From NCBI GenBank assembly GCA_951406725.2, contig OX597825.1:45694001-45758000 (forward strand): 64,000 bases of DNA, given 5' to 3'. Under the pieces are notes generated by a model, which saw only the letters and a program-made list of their open reading frames with translations, did no database searches and was not told the DNA's origin. The DNA is from Octopus vulgaris. Lineage: Eukaryota. Position numbers and translations under genes: made by a program. This document shows, piece by piece, positions 12,019-25,335 of the stretch (positions are counted from its first letter, which is position 1; every line of letters starts with the position of its first letter).

Positions 12019-12393
12019 CTAGCAGTATCGCCCGGCGTTGCTCAGGTTTATAAGGGAAATAACTATAAAGCATTTTTAGAGAGTTATAGCCAAAAGATAG
12101 CAAAAAAATGGAAAAAAATGATGGTAAATTTTTTTTTTAGTTAAAAAAGGTGGAGTTGCGTCCCCTAGACAGTTTGTGTTTCTCATTCTGGACCCCATGT
12201 CGAATTTATCGATTTTTTTCAGAACTGATGGGAACTTTTCAAAATTTTCGCTGCGTTAGTTTTGAATTATGACATTGGGCTATGTGTGTGTCAAGTTCCA
12301 TCAGAATCGGTTGAAAGCCGTGGTCAGGGTGAAGGTACAAGCAAACAGACACACAGAAACACGCACAGACAAACTGCCGTTTATATATAGAGA

Positions 12394-12395
<2 letters not shown>
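12019..12395 (-). mobile_element. Non-autonomous Helitron
   Basis: Minus strand starts TCTCTATATATAAA and ends ...gcaacgccgggcgatactgCTAGt, with a GC-rich subterminal segment and a CTAG end. Confidence 0.75.
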
Positions 12396-12451
<56 letters not shown>

Positions 12452-12462
12452 TAGATAGATAA

Positions 12463-13311
12463 ATGAAAGAAAGGAGTCGAAATCTATCGCAAATTATTGC
12501 CTCCCATAATAACAAGCTGCTAAACAAGGATTCTTCACCCGGGAGTTACAACACTATTCTTACCAATTCTAACCAAACATACAATAATAATAATAATAGA
12601 AATAGTATTGATAATAGCAACATTCATAACAGCGTTGGCATTTACAGTGTTAATATTAATAATAATATTAGTTGGATTATTAACAGTGGTAGTGTTAGTG
12701 GTAACAACGACAGCATTTCTAATAACAGTGGTAGTATTGATGATAACAACGGCAGCATTTCTATAGCCAGGGATATTATAGGCGATAGTACAATTAATAA
12801 TAATAATAACAATAATAGAAATAGTATAGTGGTCAGTGCTAGCAGTTATATTAATAGCAATCATAACAATAAAAACTCCGTCTTAGTCTCGGAGGTAAAC
12901 CCTAACAGATTAAAGTTCTTGTCCAGTAATTCCAAAATTAGAAATTCCATTTACCAGTGTAGGGTTTCTTCCGGTACCGGTGTCTTCTTCTATGTTGGGG
13001 CGACTACTTCTAAATTATCCCAGAGGATTTCCAATCATTATTCAACTTTCCAAGATAAGAGGAAACAACAAAGTACAGGACTAAGTAAATTAGTTTGGCT
13101 TCTTAAGGCCAGCAATATAACTTTCAAGCTGGAATGGTCCATATTGTCTGTATCCTTTCCTTTTGATAAGGGCAGAAAATATTGTGCCATCTGTAATTCC
13201 GAGTTGTTCTATATACTTTTCGCCAAATTCCTTTTAGTAAACACAATGGTAGAAAAATTCTATAGGTGCACTGGCAGAAACACACCTTCCACTCATATGA
13301 ATGATGATTAA
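12463..13311 (+). pseudogene. Penelope-like element C-terminus with GIY-YIG endonuclease and Asn-rich linker
   Basis: NLSQIIASHNNKLL, SIYQCRV..FYVGATT..LSQRISNH, STGLSKLVWLLK..W.IL..CAICNSE. A pLTR with an HHR follows. Confidence 0.8.
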
Positions 13312-13878
13312 TATAGATAACCTCCTTGAATTTAAAAATTTGGTTCCACATCTACAACAACACCATGGGGAAAATTTTTTTATACTCCGTTACTTGAAGG
13401 CCTACTACCAAATTCGTTGGGGTATGGTCTACCTTTGTCTCTCTACCTCTCCCCCTCCCTCTCTCTCTCCCTCTCTCTATCATAAGCGCAATCAAACACA
13501 CAGACACAAACCTGTCACTTCACCACTAGATATATTTGGCATTTATTCCCCCCACACAAACAATCACACACACATATACACACACATAGACCCGAATGCG
13601 GTTATATACATACACACACATAGGCACTCAATCTCATTGGCAAAAGCAAACAACAACGCATCACCATACATACGACTTGCACTCTGTCACCCCCCTATTC
13701 TTAGAACCTGCCCCTTCCAACCATTTTTGAACTCTTTAACTTTTTAGAATCTTATCCATCCAAACATTTTTGATGTCACTGCTTATAACGGAATATTTTA
13801 AAGAAACACTCATTATCACTATGGACTCCGTGTGGGCAGTCATCTAAAAGTTTTTGTTCGTCATGATGCTGACATAAG

Positions 13879-14040
13879 TTCCTTGTCTTTCCTGATGAGA
13901 AGACGGCATAAGTAAAAGTTTATTACACAAATTAGTGTGAAATAGTTAAATAACGATAATGATAATAATAATCAGCTACCCTTTATTCCTTCGGAATTAA
14001 GAATATGCAGTCTTCGAAACATATGTTGAGAATAAAGGAA
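13879..14040 (+). ncRNA. Type I hammerhead ribozyme motif with long stem II and insert
   Basis: ttccttgtctttc CTGATGA gaagacggcata...tatgcagtcttc GAAA catatg TT gagaataaaggaa. Confidence 0.7.
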
Positions 14041-14226
14041 TTTTGTTAAATCGTCGTTCGACTCCATTCTTTCATTTAACTATAAAAAAACACACAAATT
14101 TCCACACAAAAGCACGTGATTTCTACCCTTGGCATGTAGCTTCAACCGTGCTTTCTGACGTAAATTTGCTACCCGGGTATCGGTTAACCGAATTATCCAT
14201 AATAGGATAATTCATTCAACTACTTA

Positions 14227-15566
<1,340 letters not shown>

Positions 15567-15756
15567 GTACATATATGTATATATATGTATATATATATAT
15601 ATGTATATAAAATAAATATAAGAGAGTGGTCACTATATGGCTCACTCTAGCACCAGTTAATCCAAAAGGTTTCAACCACAAAAAATACATGCTTCCCATG
15701 AAAATCAGTACGATTGTTAGCTCACACGGACAGGGCAAATAAAAAATAACAAAATA

Positions 15757-15852
15757 CAGATTATTTTGGGACAATTGTTTCGCTATTAATGAATTAAATG
15801 TAATTTTACTTACAATAAAATCCACTTGTAGCTCTTCGGCCAAAACTATCTG
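15757..15852 (-). ncRNA. Type I hammerhead, CCGAAGA core, copy 1
   Basis: Reverse complement of the motif at 16984-17079. Confidence 0.75.
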
Positions 15853-16291
15853 GATGAAATCCACTCAATCACACGCTAGATTTTACCATAACGATAAATA
15901 CGCGTGTGGTTCAATTGATTACATCCGACGTTATAATTCAAATGCCCCAACTAACAGCGCGCCAAACTCTCACGGAAAACAAATACAGCATTTAGAAATA
16001 AATGCAGCATAATTATAATTAATTAATAAGGGTGAGAGAATTAGATACTAATTTAATAGTATATCTATTCTACACCAAGTGGCCTAGTGCTCCGAGAAAC
16101 CTGGATTATTATAATATTTTATAATATATTATAATATTTTTACAAAATAAATATAAGAGAGTGGTCACTATATGGCTCACTCTAGCACCAGTTAATCCAA
16201 AAGGTTTCAACCACAAAAAATACATGCTTCCCATGAAAATCAGTACGATTGTTAGCTCACACGGACAGGGCAAATAAAAAATAACAAAATA

Positions 16292-16387
16292 CAGATTATT
16301 TTGGGACAATTGTTTCGCTATTAATGAATTAAATGTAATTTTACTTACAATAAAATCCACTTGTAGCTCTTCGGCCAAAACTATCTG
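16292..16387 (-). ncRNA. Type I hammerhead, CCGAAGA core, copy 2
   Basis: Lies 535 bp from copy 1 with the same sequence. Confidence 0.75.
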
Positions 16388-16457
16388 GATGAAATCCACT
16401 CAATCACACGCCAGATTTTACCATAACGATAAATACGCGTGTGGTTCAATTGATTAC

Positions 16458-16545
16458 TTTGGCCGAAGAGCTACAAGTGGATTTTATTGTAAGTAAAATT
16501 ACATTTAATTCATTAATAGCGAAACAATTGTCCCAAAATAATCTG
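16458..16545 (+). ncRNA. Type I hammerhead, copy 3 (stem I shortened by the inversion junction)
   Basis: tttgg CCGAAGA gcta...tagc GAAA caattg TC ccaaa. Confidence 0.7.
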
Positions 16546-16983
16546 TATTTTGTTATTTTTTATTTGCCCTGTCCGTGTGAGCTAACAATCGTACTGATTT
16601 TCATGGGAAGCATGTATTTTTGTGGTTGAAACCTTTTGGATTAACTGGTGCTAGAGTGAGCCATATAGTGACCACTCTCTTATATTTATTTTGTAAAAAT
16701 ATTATAATATATTATAAAATATTATAATAATCCAGGTTTCTCGGAGCACTAGGCCACTTGGTGTAGAATAGATATACTATTAAATTAGTATCTAATTCTC
16801 TCACCCTTATTAATTAATTATAATTATGCTGCATTTATTTCTAAATGCTGTATTTGTTTTCCGTGAGAGTTTGGCGCGCTGTTAGTTGGGGCATTTGAAT
16901 TATAACGTCGGATGTAATCAATTGAACCACACGCGTATTTATCGTTATGGTAAAATCTGGCGTGTGATTGAGTGGATTTCATC

Positions 16984-17079
16984 CAGATAGTTTTGGCCGA
17001 AGAGCTACAAGTGGATTTTATTGTAAGTAAAATTACATTTAATTCATTAATAGCGAAACAATTGTCCCAAAATAATCTG
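16984..17079 (+). ncRNA. Type I hammerhead, CCGAAGA core, copy 4
   Basis: cagatagttttgg CCGAAGA gcta [43 nt] tagc GAAA caattg TC^ ccaaaataatctg. Stem I is 13 bp with one mismatch and stem III is palindromic. Confidence 0.78.
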
Positions 17080-17689
17080 TATTTTGTTATTTTTTATTTG
17101 CCCTGTCCGTGTGAGCTAACAATCGTACTGATTTTCATGGGAAGCATGTATTTTTTGTGGTTGAAACCTTTTGGATTAACTGGTGCTAGAGTGAGCCATA
17201 TAGTGACCACTCTCTTATATTTATTTTGTAAAAATATTATAATATATTATAAAATATTATAATAATCCAGGTTTCTCGGAGCACTAGGCCACTTGGTGTA
17301 GAATAGATATACTATTAAATTAGTATCTAATTCTCTCACCCTTATTAATTAAATATATATATATGTATATATATATGTACATATATGTATATATATGTAT
17401 ATATATATATGTACATATATGTATATATATGTATATATATGTATATATATATGTACATATATGTATATATATGTGTATATATATATATGTATATATATAT
17501 ATGTATGTATATATATATATGTATATATATATGTATATATATATGTATATATGTATATATTGTTACGCCGCCACTCAGGCACAAGGCCTTCTGATTCCAC
17601 CACGGGCCCTAAGTCGCGGCAATGATGCTCAGCAAGCCGGAAATCCACCACGGGAATGGGGAAAGGCGGCAAACGCCACCTACAAATAT

Positions 17690-18040
17690 ATAGAGGGAGA
17701 CAAAGAAATGAAATTTAAAAGTGGTCACATATTTAAAGTAAATGCAGATATGAACTGCAAGACGCAGAATGTAATATACTGCATAACCTGCCCCACGTGC
17801 AAAGCGGATTACATAGGTGAAACTGGAAATTCTTTGTGCCAACGAGCCAGGATTCACTGACAACATGTCCGACAGGAAGAACTGCGCAAGATGCCACTGA
17901 GTAAGCACCTAGATACATGTGGAGAAGGAAAATTTAAGATCTTTCCCTTCTACAAATATCTAAAGAACGACACCTCCTTCAGGAGGAATATAGAAAAATA
18001 TTTCATAACTAAGTTCTCCCCCAAATTGAATGGCTGAAAA
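17690..18040 (+). pseudogene. Penelope-like GIY-YIG endonuclease fragment
   Basis: [30 protein letters not shown]...H followed by an in-frame stop, then ...EKYFITKFSPKLN. Confidence 0.85.
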
Positions 18041-18144
18041 TATCTCTATAATAAGCTGTACCAGATGAAGGACCAAATTTGTTAAGTAAACTGTATTAAA
18101 CACACACACACACACGCACACACACGCACGCACACACACACACA

Positions 18145-18488
18145 CTTGCCTGTGTCCTAGAGGTGTAGTGAACACACTTTGGAACTGTTCATTTAGTATT
18201 TCACTTATCCTCGTGGGATTTCCTGTGAGGGAGCCATCTTTTTGGAAGAGAGGTCCTATCCTCTGGCGCACTGTGGCTGTCTCTTTGGTAAACTTAGAGA
18301 AAGCTTTAGAGTTTGATTTGATATTTTCTATTACCCAAGCTTCTTTATCTGCTCTCCTCTTTTCATGAAACTGATGCAGACTTTTCTCAATTTCCATTAG
18401 CATTCTCTCAAGGCGAGACTTCTCACCACTTTTGGTGTGCTTGCACAGGCGATTCGCAATCCTCGTCTGTTGTCTCATAAGAACCTTC

Positions 18489-18490
<2 letters not shown>
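18145..18490 (-). mobile_element. CR1-group LINE ORF2 fragment (between APE and RT)
   Basis: ENIKSNSKAFSKF..RIGPL..SEILNEQFQSVFT. Confidence 0.65.
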
Positions 18491-18561
<71 letters not shown>

Positions 18562-18562
<1 letters not shown>

Positions 18563-19824
18563 GAGGGCGTTCAATAAGTAATGCCCCTGACCCACTTCCC
18601 ATAGCAGTAGAGCAACGAAACTTGGCACAGTTATTAGTCTTTTTCTACATAGGAAGCACCCAGAGTTACGCATTTCTCACATCGTTTGATGCAGCTCTGA
18701 AGACCGTTTTTGTAGAAGACCCCAGCTTGGTCCTCCAACCACGACGTGACTTCAGAAATCAAGGCTGCAAAAACAACTTCATGACTGGGAAGAGGTTAAA
18801 ATTAGAGGGTGCAAGGTCAGGAGAGTAGGGGGATGGGGGATGTGTTCATAGCCGCACGCCTGTGCTTCTGATCTGGCGACATGCGAGTTGTGAACCGGAG
18901 CGTTGTCCTGCAAGAGGAGGATGCCTTTGCTGATCTTGCCCGGCTCTTGATTTTGATAGCTTCTCTTAATTTCCTCAAATGTGAAGCATAATAGGCTCCT
19001 GTAATTGTGGCACCCTTTGCCAGGAAATCTGTCATCAGTACTCCGTCCTGGTCCCAGAAGACTGTGAGCATGACCTTGCCAGCAGAGGGCTGCACCCTTG
19101 CCTTCTTTAGAGGAGGTGAGTCACGGTGTGTCCACTGCATTGACTGGGCTTTGGTCTCTGGATCATAGTGATGGACCCAGGTTTCATCCTGTGTAATCAG
19201 TCTTTTGAAAAATTTTGACTCATCTTCTTGGCACATCTCCAAATTCATTCTCGAGCAATCGACGCGTTCTTGCTTCTGGAAAGATGTGAGCAACTGGGAA
19301 TCCATCTGGCAGACACCTTTTGCATATGCAAATGGTCATGAATGATAATTTCCACAGACCCAGTACTAATCTTGACCTCATGGGCTATTTGGCGAATAGT
19401 TATGCGTCGATCTTCCAAAATGGCAGCCTCAACATGATGGACAGATGCCTCATCAATGGCAGAAGGGGGCGACCAGATCTGGGAGCTGTTTCCACAGAGT
19501 TCCGACCATGTTTGAATTCACGATGCCAGCGTTTTACAAGTTCATATGATGGGGCATCATCACCATAAGTTACTTTCATTTCATCAAAAGTCTCCCGTGG
19601 TGTGTGTTCTTTTAAATACAAAAACCGGATCATTGCTCGATACTCAACAGGCTCCATTTCACACTTGACTCAGTTCAAACACCTGTAAATCAGAAACCAC
19701 AATTAGTTCAGAGCTGTAATTTGCCACTTAATCTATAAAGATATGAATAATTGTACATGCAAAATTTCAGCTAGATCAAATAACTGCAAGTGGGTCAGGA
19801 GCATTACTTATTGAACGCCCCTCG
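18562..19824 (-). mobile_element. Near full-length mariner, same family as 3765-4694
   Basis: Same TIRs with TA flanks. DETWVHHYDPETKAQSMQW and GKVMLTVFWD are present with frameshifts. Confidence 0.92.
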
Positions 19825-19846
19825 TATGTATGTATATATATATGTA

Positions 19847-19890
<44 letters not shown>

Positions 19891-20130
19891 TATATATGTA
19901 TGTATAAGGGTGGAGGAACTCTTGAGAGTCAACAGCCATCCAATAAATGTCTTCAGGCTGAATCATGCGCAGGGACATAGAAATAATTGCTGTTGCTTAG
20001 TGAGTGGGATTGACTCAGTGCACAGCCTTTCCTCACTTTAAAAAAAATCTTCTTGCACAGGCATTGCACGATAACAACATTGATTAAGCTTTGTGCAATG
20101 GTCATACTCAATAATGAGGGGCTAGCCACC

Positions 20131-20170
<40 letters not shown>

Positions 20171-20246
20171 GCAGCATGGAAGGTGTTTGTAAGCCATTTA
20201 AGAAACACACAAAAGCCGTTCGATTCACTTCAACATTTAAGTTTAA

Positions 20247-20296
20247 TTTGTCAAAATATTTTTGTCCCTAAAATCCATGACCTGTTCACTGACAAA
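20247..20296 (-). ncRNA. Candidate minimal hammerhead, G3-C8 core variant
   Basis: Minus strand: tttgtca GTGAACA g gtc...gac AAAA atat TT tgacaaa. Stem I is 7 bp perfect. G12 appears changed to A at a CpG. Confidence 0.5.
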
Positions 20297-20341
20297 AATC
20301 CGTGCTGCATCATGCTGCAATTGTTTCCATTCCAGCACACG

Positions 20342-20581
<240 letters not shown>

Positions 20582-21449
20582 ATATATATTAACTTCCCAG
20601 TCACCAGGGTCTCACAGCAGGAAGCACTACCTCTTTCTTTCATTGACCCAGTAGCTCATTCATCATCACTGTTAACATCATCTCCTCTGCCTACTACTAC
20701 AGTACTACTACTGCTATCAATCCCAAAATACCTTTGTCTACAGCTATCTCATGGAATTCACCTCCTCAATCATCACTGTCAACATCTCTTCTGCCTACTA
20801 TTACTACTACCATTCCATCTACCTCAAGGAATCTACCCCCTACTAGTAGTTCAAGAACTCTACCTCCCACAGGTCACAAAGGGCACTGAAACCTCAACAA
20901 ACTATCATCTACACCTCTCACAACTCACACACGCACCTACACACCCACTTGAAACCCCATCATTTGCTGTTATTCTCTTCACTACAGATTATGCACTGAT
21001 AGACACTGCAAATTCACCCATTTACCTGGGACAAAACACTCTATCCCCACAAACTACAACAGCCACTACCATAATACATACTCTATTACAACACTACCAC
21101 AACCACCAATATCTCAAATAAGGAATCCCCAAATCTGCCGCTATTCCCAGTGAGACAGATTGTGTTTGCACAAGGATTGTCCTTTACCCATCTCCCGGGG
21201 ACTCGTCGGACAAATGATAATAGAAATAAAAACAAAAATACCTATGACTCATAAAAATAACCGCAACCACAGTCACCTACAGTTCTCTAGACAGGAAACT
21301 TCTTCCTCTTTTTTAGCTATTATGAATCTAGCAAAAAAACTGGAAAAAACCATCCGAGCTATCACCCAGCACCATCCACCACTATCACACCACTGCACAT
21401 GCCATTAAAAAGCAAGCAAATAAACAAAACACCAAAATAATTAAAACCA

Positions 21450-21915
21450 TCCACTCTCACCTCAACATTTTTGCTTAACGCCCAAGGCATCAGCCCTTCC
21501 ACCAATACTCAAAAATGGAAGATAAAATTCCTGGAGGGCTGGGTTGATGCCCATCCAAACCACTTCCCTTTCTTCATCCTCACTGAAACCCATCTCAGTA
21601 ACCTCCACTTGGAAGCCAAGGTGAAAGTGAAAAATTTCAAAGCCATTCCTACTGATCGTGCTGGCAGGTCTCTGCAGAATAGTCTTAATGGTAAAAATTT
21701 CAATTCCTTGGATGACGTAAAAAGATACCTTGATGAATTCTTTGCCATGAAACCACCTCAATTCTGGGAAGAGGGTATTTTCAAGTTAAAGGAAAGATAG
21801 AGACACATTGTGCAACAAAATGGTTCATATATGGTTGATTAAAAATGTAATGGCAAGTATTTATTGACCTTTTTCTTTCCTTTAAAAATCGGCACGAACT
21901 TTCCGGACAACCCAA
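21450..21915 (+). mobile_element. LINE APE-endonuclease start fragment joined to a mariner 3' end
   Basis: LNAQGI...ILTETHL (APE) is followed by SLQNSLNGKNF...FWEEGIFKLKER and the TIR cacgaactttccggacaacccaata. Confidence 0.6.
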
Positions 21916-21929
21916 TATATATGTATATA

Positions 21930-24450
21930 TGGAGGCTGCACCAGGCTCCAATCTGATCTGTCAAAGTTTCTACAGCTGGATGCCCTTACTAATGCCAACC
22001 ACTCTGTGAGTGTAGTGGGTGCTTTTTATGTGTCACCAACACAGGGATCACAACTACAATTTCCATTTGATTTTCATTTTGATATTGATGTACTGGACTC
22101 AATAGGCCTCCTCAAGCACAGCAGGTCGCCCTATCGTCCAAGTTACTTTGAATGGGCTGGGGCTGGTTATGCGGAACTTGTGTAGGATACAGCCGTGAAC
22201 TCACTTTATTTGCCGGGTCTTCACAGTCACAGCATATCTCCAGAGGTCTCGGTCTTTCGTCATTGCCTCTATGAGGCCCAACAATCAAAGATCATGCTTC
22301 ATTACCTCATCCCATGTCATCCTGGGTCTCCCTCTATCCTGGATTCCTTCTACATACATATACATACATCATCATCATCATCATCGTTTAACGTCTATTT
22401 TCCGCACTAGCACGTGTTGGACGGTTCGACCGGGGTCTGGAAAGCCAGGGCTGCACCAGGCTCCAGTCTGATCTGGCAGTGTTTCTACAGCTGGATGCCC
22501 TTCCTAATGCCAACCACTCCGCGAGTGTAGTGGGTGCTTTTTACGTGCCACCTGCACAGGTGCCAGGGGGGTCTGGCATCGGCAACGATCAGTTGGTGCT
22601 TTTAACGTGCCACCGGCACGGAAGCCAGCCAAGGCGGAGCTGGCATTGGCCACGTTCGGATGGTGCTTTTTATGTGCCACCAGCACAGGTATCACAACTA
22701 CTATTTCCATTGATATTTGTTTCGATGTTTGTGTACATGCACTTGACTCAACAGGTCTCCTCAAGCACAGCGAGACGTTCCGGGATCTAAGGTACTTTGA
22801 ATGGGCAGGGGCTATGCGGAACTGGAGCCGGAAGCAGCCCGGGTCTTTGTAGTCACAGCACATCTCCAGAGATCTCGGTCCTTCGCCATTGCCTCAGTGA
22901 GGCCCAATGCTCTGAGGTCATGCTTGACTACCTCATCCCATGTCTTCCTGGGTCTACCCCTCCCCCTGATTCCTTCAACTGTTTGGGAGCGGCACTTCTT
23001 CACACATCTCTCCTCATCCATCCACAGTACATGACCATACCATCGCAAGCGTCGCTCTTGCACACCACATCTGATGCTTCTTATGTCTAGCATTTCTCTC
23101 AGGGCGCTTACACTCTGTCGTGCATTCACACTGACATTACACATCCAGTGGATCATGCTAGTTTCATTTCTTTCAAGTCTACGTATGTCCTCTGCAGTCA
23201 CGGCCCATGTTTCACTGCCGTGAAGCATGGCAGTTCGCACACATGCATCATACAATCTACCTTTCACTCTGAGTGAGAGACCCTTTGTCGCTAGTAGGGG
23301 TAGGAGCTTTCTAAACTTTGCCCAGGCTATTCGTATTCTAGTGGTGACACTCTCTGAGCATCCACCTCCACTACTAACTTGGTCACCCAGGTAGCAGAAA
23401 CTATCAACTACTTCTAGTTTCTCCCCTGGAGTGTGATGGAATCTGTTTTCTGAGTATTTGTGGTGTCTATTGTCCCTGTGCATCTGCCGCACATGAAAGC
23501 TATCTTATCAGTTAATTTCCCTTTGATGTTGCTGCACCTCTTAGCTTACACTGGGTACATCTTATGGAGTTTCTACCTACACCTTTCCTACAGATCGAGC
23601 AGGGCCACCTGCCTGATGGGGTGTGTGCTGAGTTCGCCTTTCTGCTTACTATAACTTTGGTCTTTGCTACATTTACTCTTAGGCCCTTTGATTCTAACCC
23701 TTGTTTCCACACCCGAAATTTCTTTTCTAGTTCCGGTAGTGATTCTGCTATGAGAGCCAGGTCATCAGCATAAAGGAGCTCCCAGGGGCAACCTGTTTTG
23801 AATTCCTCTGTTATTGCCTGGAGGACTATGATGAATAAAAGGGGACTGAGGGCTGAGCCTTGGTGTACACCTACTTCTACCCGGAATTCTTCACTATATT
23901 CGTTGCCAATCCTAACCTTGCTGATAGCCTCTCTGTATAGAGCCTGTACAGCCCTTATTAGCCATTCGTCAATCTCCAGTTTCCGCATCGACCACCAGAT
24001 AAGGGATCAGGGAACCCTGTCAAAGGCTTTCTCCAAGTCCACAAAAGCTATGCAGAGGGGTCTATCTTTAGCTAGGTACTTCTCCTGCAGTTGTTGGACC
24101 AGGAATATAGCATCAGTGGTGCTTCTACCCGGCACAAAACCGAACTGCATCTCATCTAAGCAAATTCTCTCCCTAATGAGATGGGTTATGACCCTCTCTG
24201 TGACCTTCATCACCTGATCCAACAGTTTAATACCCCTGTAGTTATTTCTATCTAGAGCATCACCCTTACCCTTGTAGCAGTTGACTATGGTGCTGCTATG
24301 CCAGTCATTGGGTATGACTCCATTATGAACTACCTGGTTTACAATGTGGGTGACTAGACCATAGCCCACATAACCAGCTGTCTATTTGGATAGCTGGTCC
24401 CTCTACTGGGTCAACATTTGGCAGGCTCTCCTCCTCCCATTCATTCTCAT
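21930..24450 (-). mobile_element. RTE-clade LINE copies (RT plus 3' UTR), degenerate
   Basis: NYRGIKLL, QFGFVPGRSTTDAIF, FVDLEKAFDRVP, GVHQGSALSPLLF, LLYADDL and RLRWYGHV. The (GAT)n tail is at about 22367. Confidence 0.9.
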
Positions 24451-24489
24451 ATATATATTATTTATATGCATATATATATATATATATGT

Positions 24490-24965
24490 CATTTGAAATC
24501 GAAATCAAACTTGGTGACTGGCATCTGTTGCTAGTACCCTACGACTGAGATTGTTGCCAGTGCAACAAGCTGGCCTTCGTGCCGATGTCATGTTAAAAAC
24601 GCCATTTGAGTGTGATCGTTACCTGTGTCGCCTTACAGGCACTTGTGCTGGGGGCACATGAAAAAAACATTCGAGTGAGGTTGTTGCTAGTGCTGCTGGA
24701 CTGGCTCCTGTGCAGGTGGCACATAAAAAGCACCATTTGAGCATGGCTGTTGCCAGTACCACCTAACTGGCCCTCATGCCGGTGGCATGTAAAAGTACTG
24801 ACTACACTCTCGGAGTGGTAGGCATTAAGAAGGGCATCCAGCTGTAGAAACTCTGCCAGATCAGATTGGAGTCTGGTTTGCCAGACCTCAGTCAAATCAT
24901 CCAACTCATGCTAGCATGGAAAGTGGATGTTAAACGATGATGATGATGATGATGATGATAATGAT
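24490..24965 (+). mobile_element. RTE LINE 3' UTR fragment with (GAT)n tail
   Basis: ggcattaagaagggcatccagctgtagaaa...catgctagcatggaaagtggatgttaaacgatgatgat. Confidence 0.75.
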
Positions 24966-24994
24966 ATGTATTTATATGTATATGTATATATATG

Positions 24995-25029
<35 letters not shown>

Positions 25030-25300
25030 ATTTATATGTATATGTATATATATATATAAATATATGTATTTATATGTATATATATATATGTGTGTGTGTG
25101 TATATGTATGTGTATATATATGTGTATGTATATATATATCTGTATACATATATATATATATATATATATAAATATATATATATAGTAGTAGTAACAGAAA
25201 AGAGGAATTTTGATTATCCCCACGTGGTGAGTTGTAATGTATATAAGAAATTAAAAAAGGAAAATACGCACACTTACATAGTTTTGATATAATTTTTAAT

Positions 25301-25335
25301 ATATTGACCGGTTTCACTATTGCTATTCATGATAT
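25301..25335 (-). ncRNA. Candidate minimal hammerhead, A3-U8 core variant
   Basis: Minus strand: atatc ATGAATA gc aata gt GAAA ccgg TC aatat. It lies downstream of a PLE-endonuclease-like tail (LNKETFFIEKYK, about 25875-25960, minus strand). Confidence 0.55.

Larger units (their letters stand above)
15610..17352. mobile_element. Inverted array of 534-535 bp non-coding HHR-bearing monomers (retrozyme/pLTR-like)
   Basis: About 1.6 minus-strand monomers (15610-16457) join about 1.7 plus-strand monomers (16458-17352). The copies are nearly identical, sit in (TA)n flanks and carry one HHR each. Confidence 0.85.

Noticed and set aside
13862-13898. SECIS element (AUGA...AA...UGA) downstream of the Naiad-like PLE ORF
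   Set aside because: Spacing and helix pairing are poor, and no in-frame UGA at a Cys position is visible in the ORF.
16109-17262. Repeated 96-aa [16 protein letters not shown]...
   Set aside because: It starts at GTG, has no recognisable domain, and one copy is frameshifted. Its identity between copies simply reflects the young tandem repeat.
18817-19657. SETMAR-like host gene
   Set aside because: It is bounded by TIRs and TA, is frameshifted, and has no SET domain, so it is a plain mariner copy.
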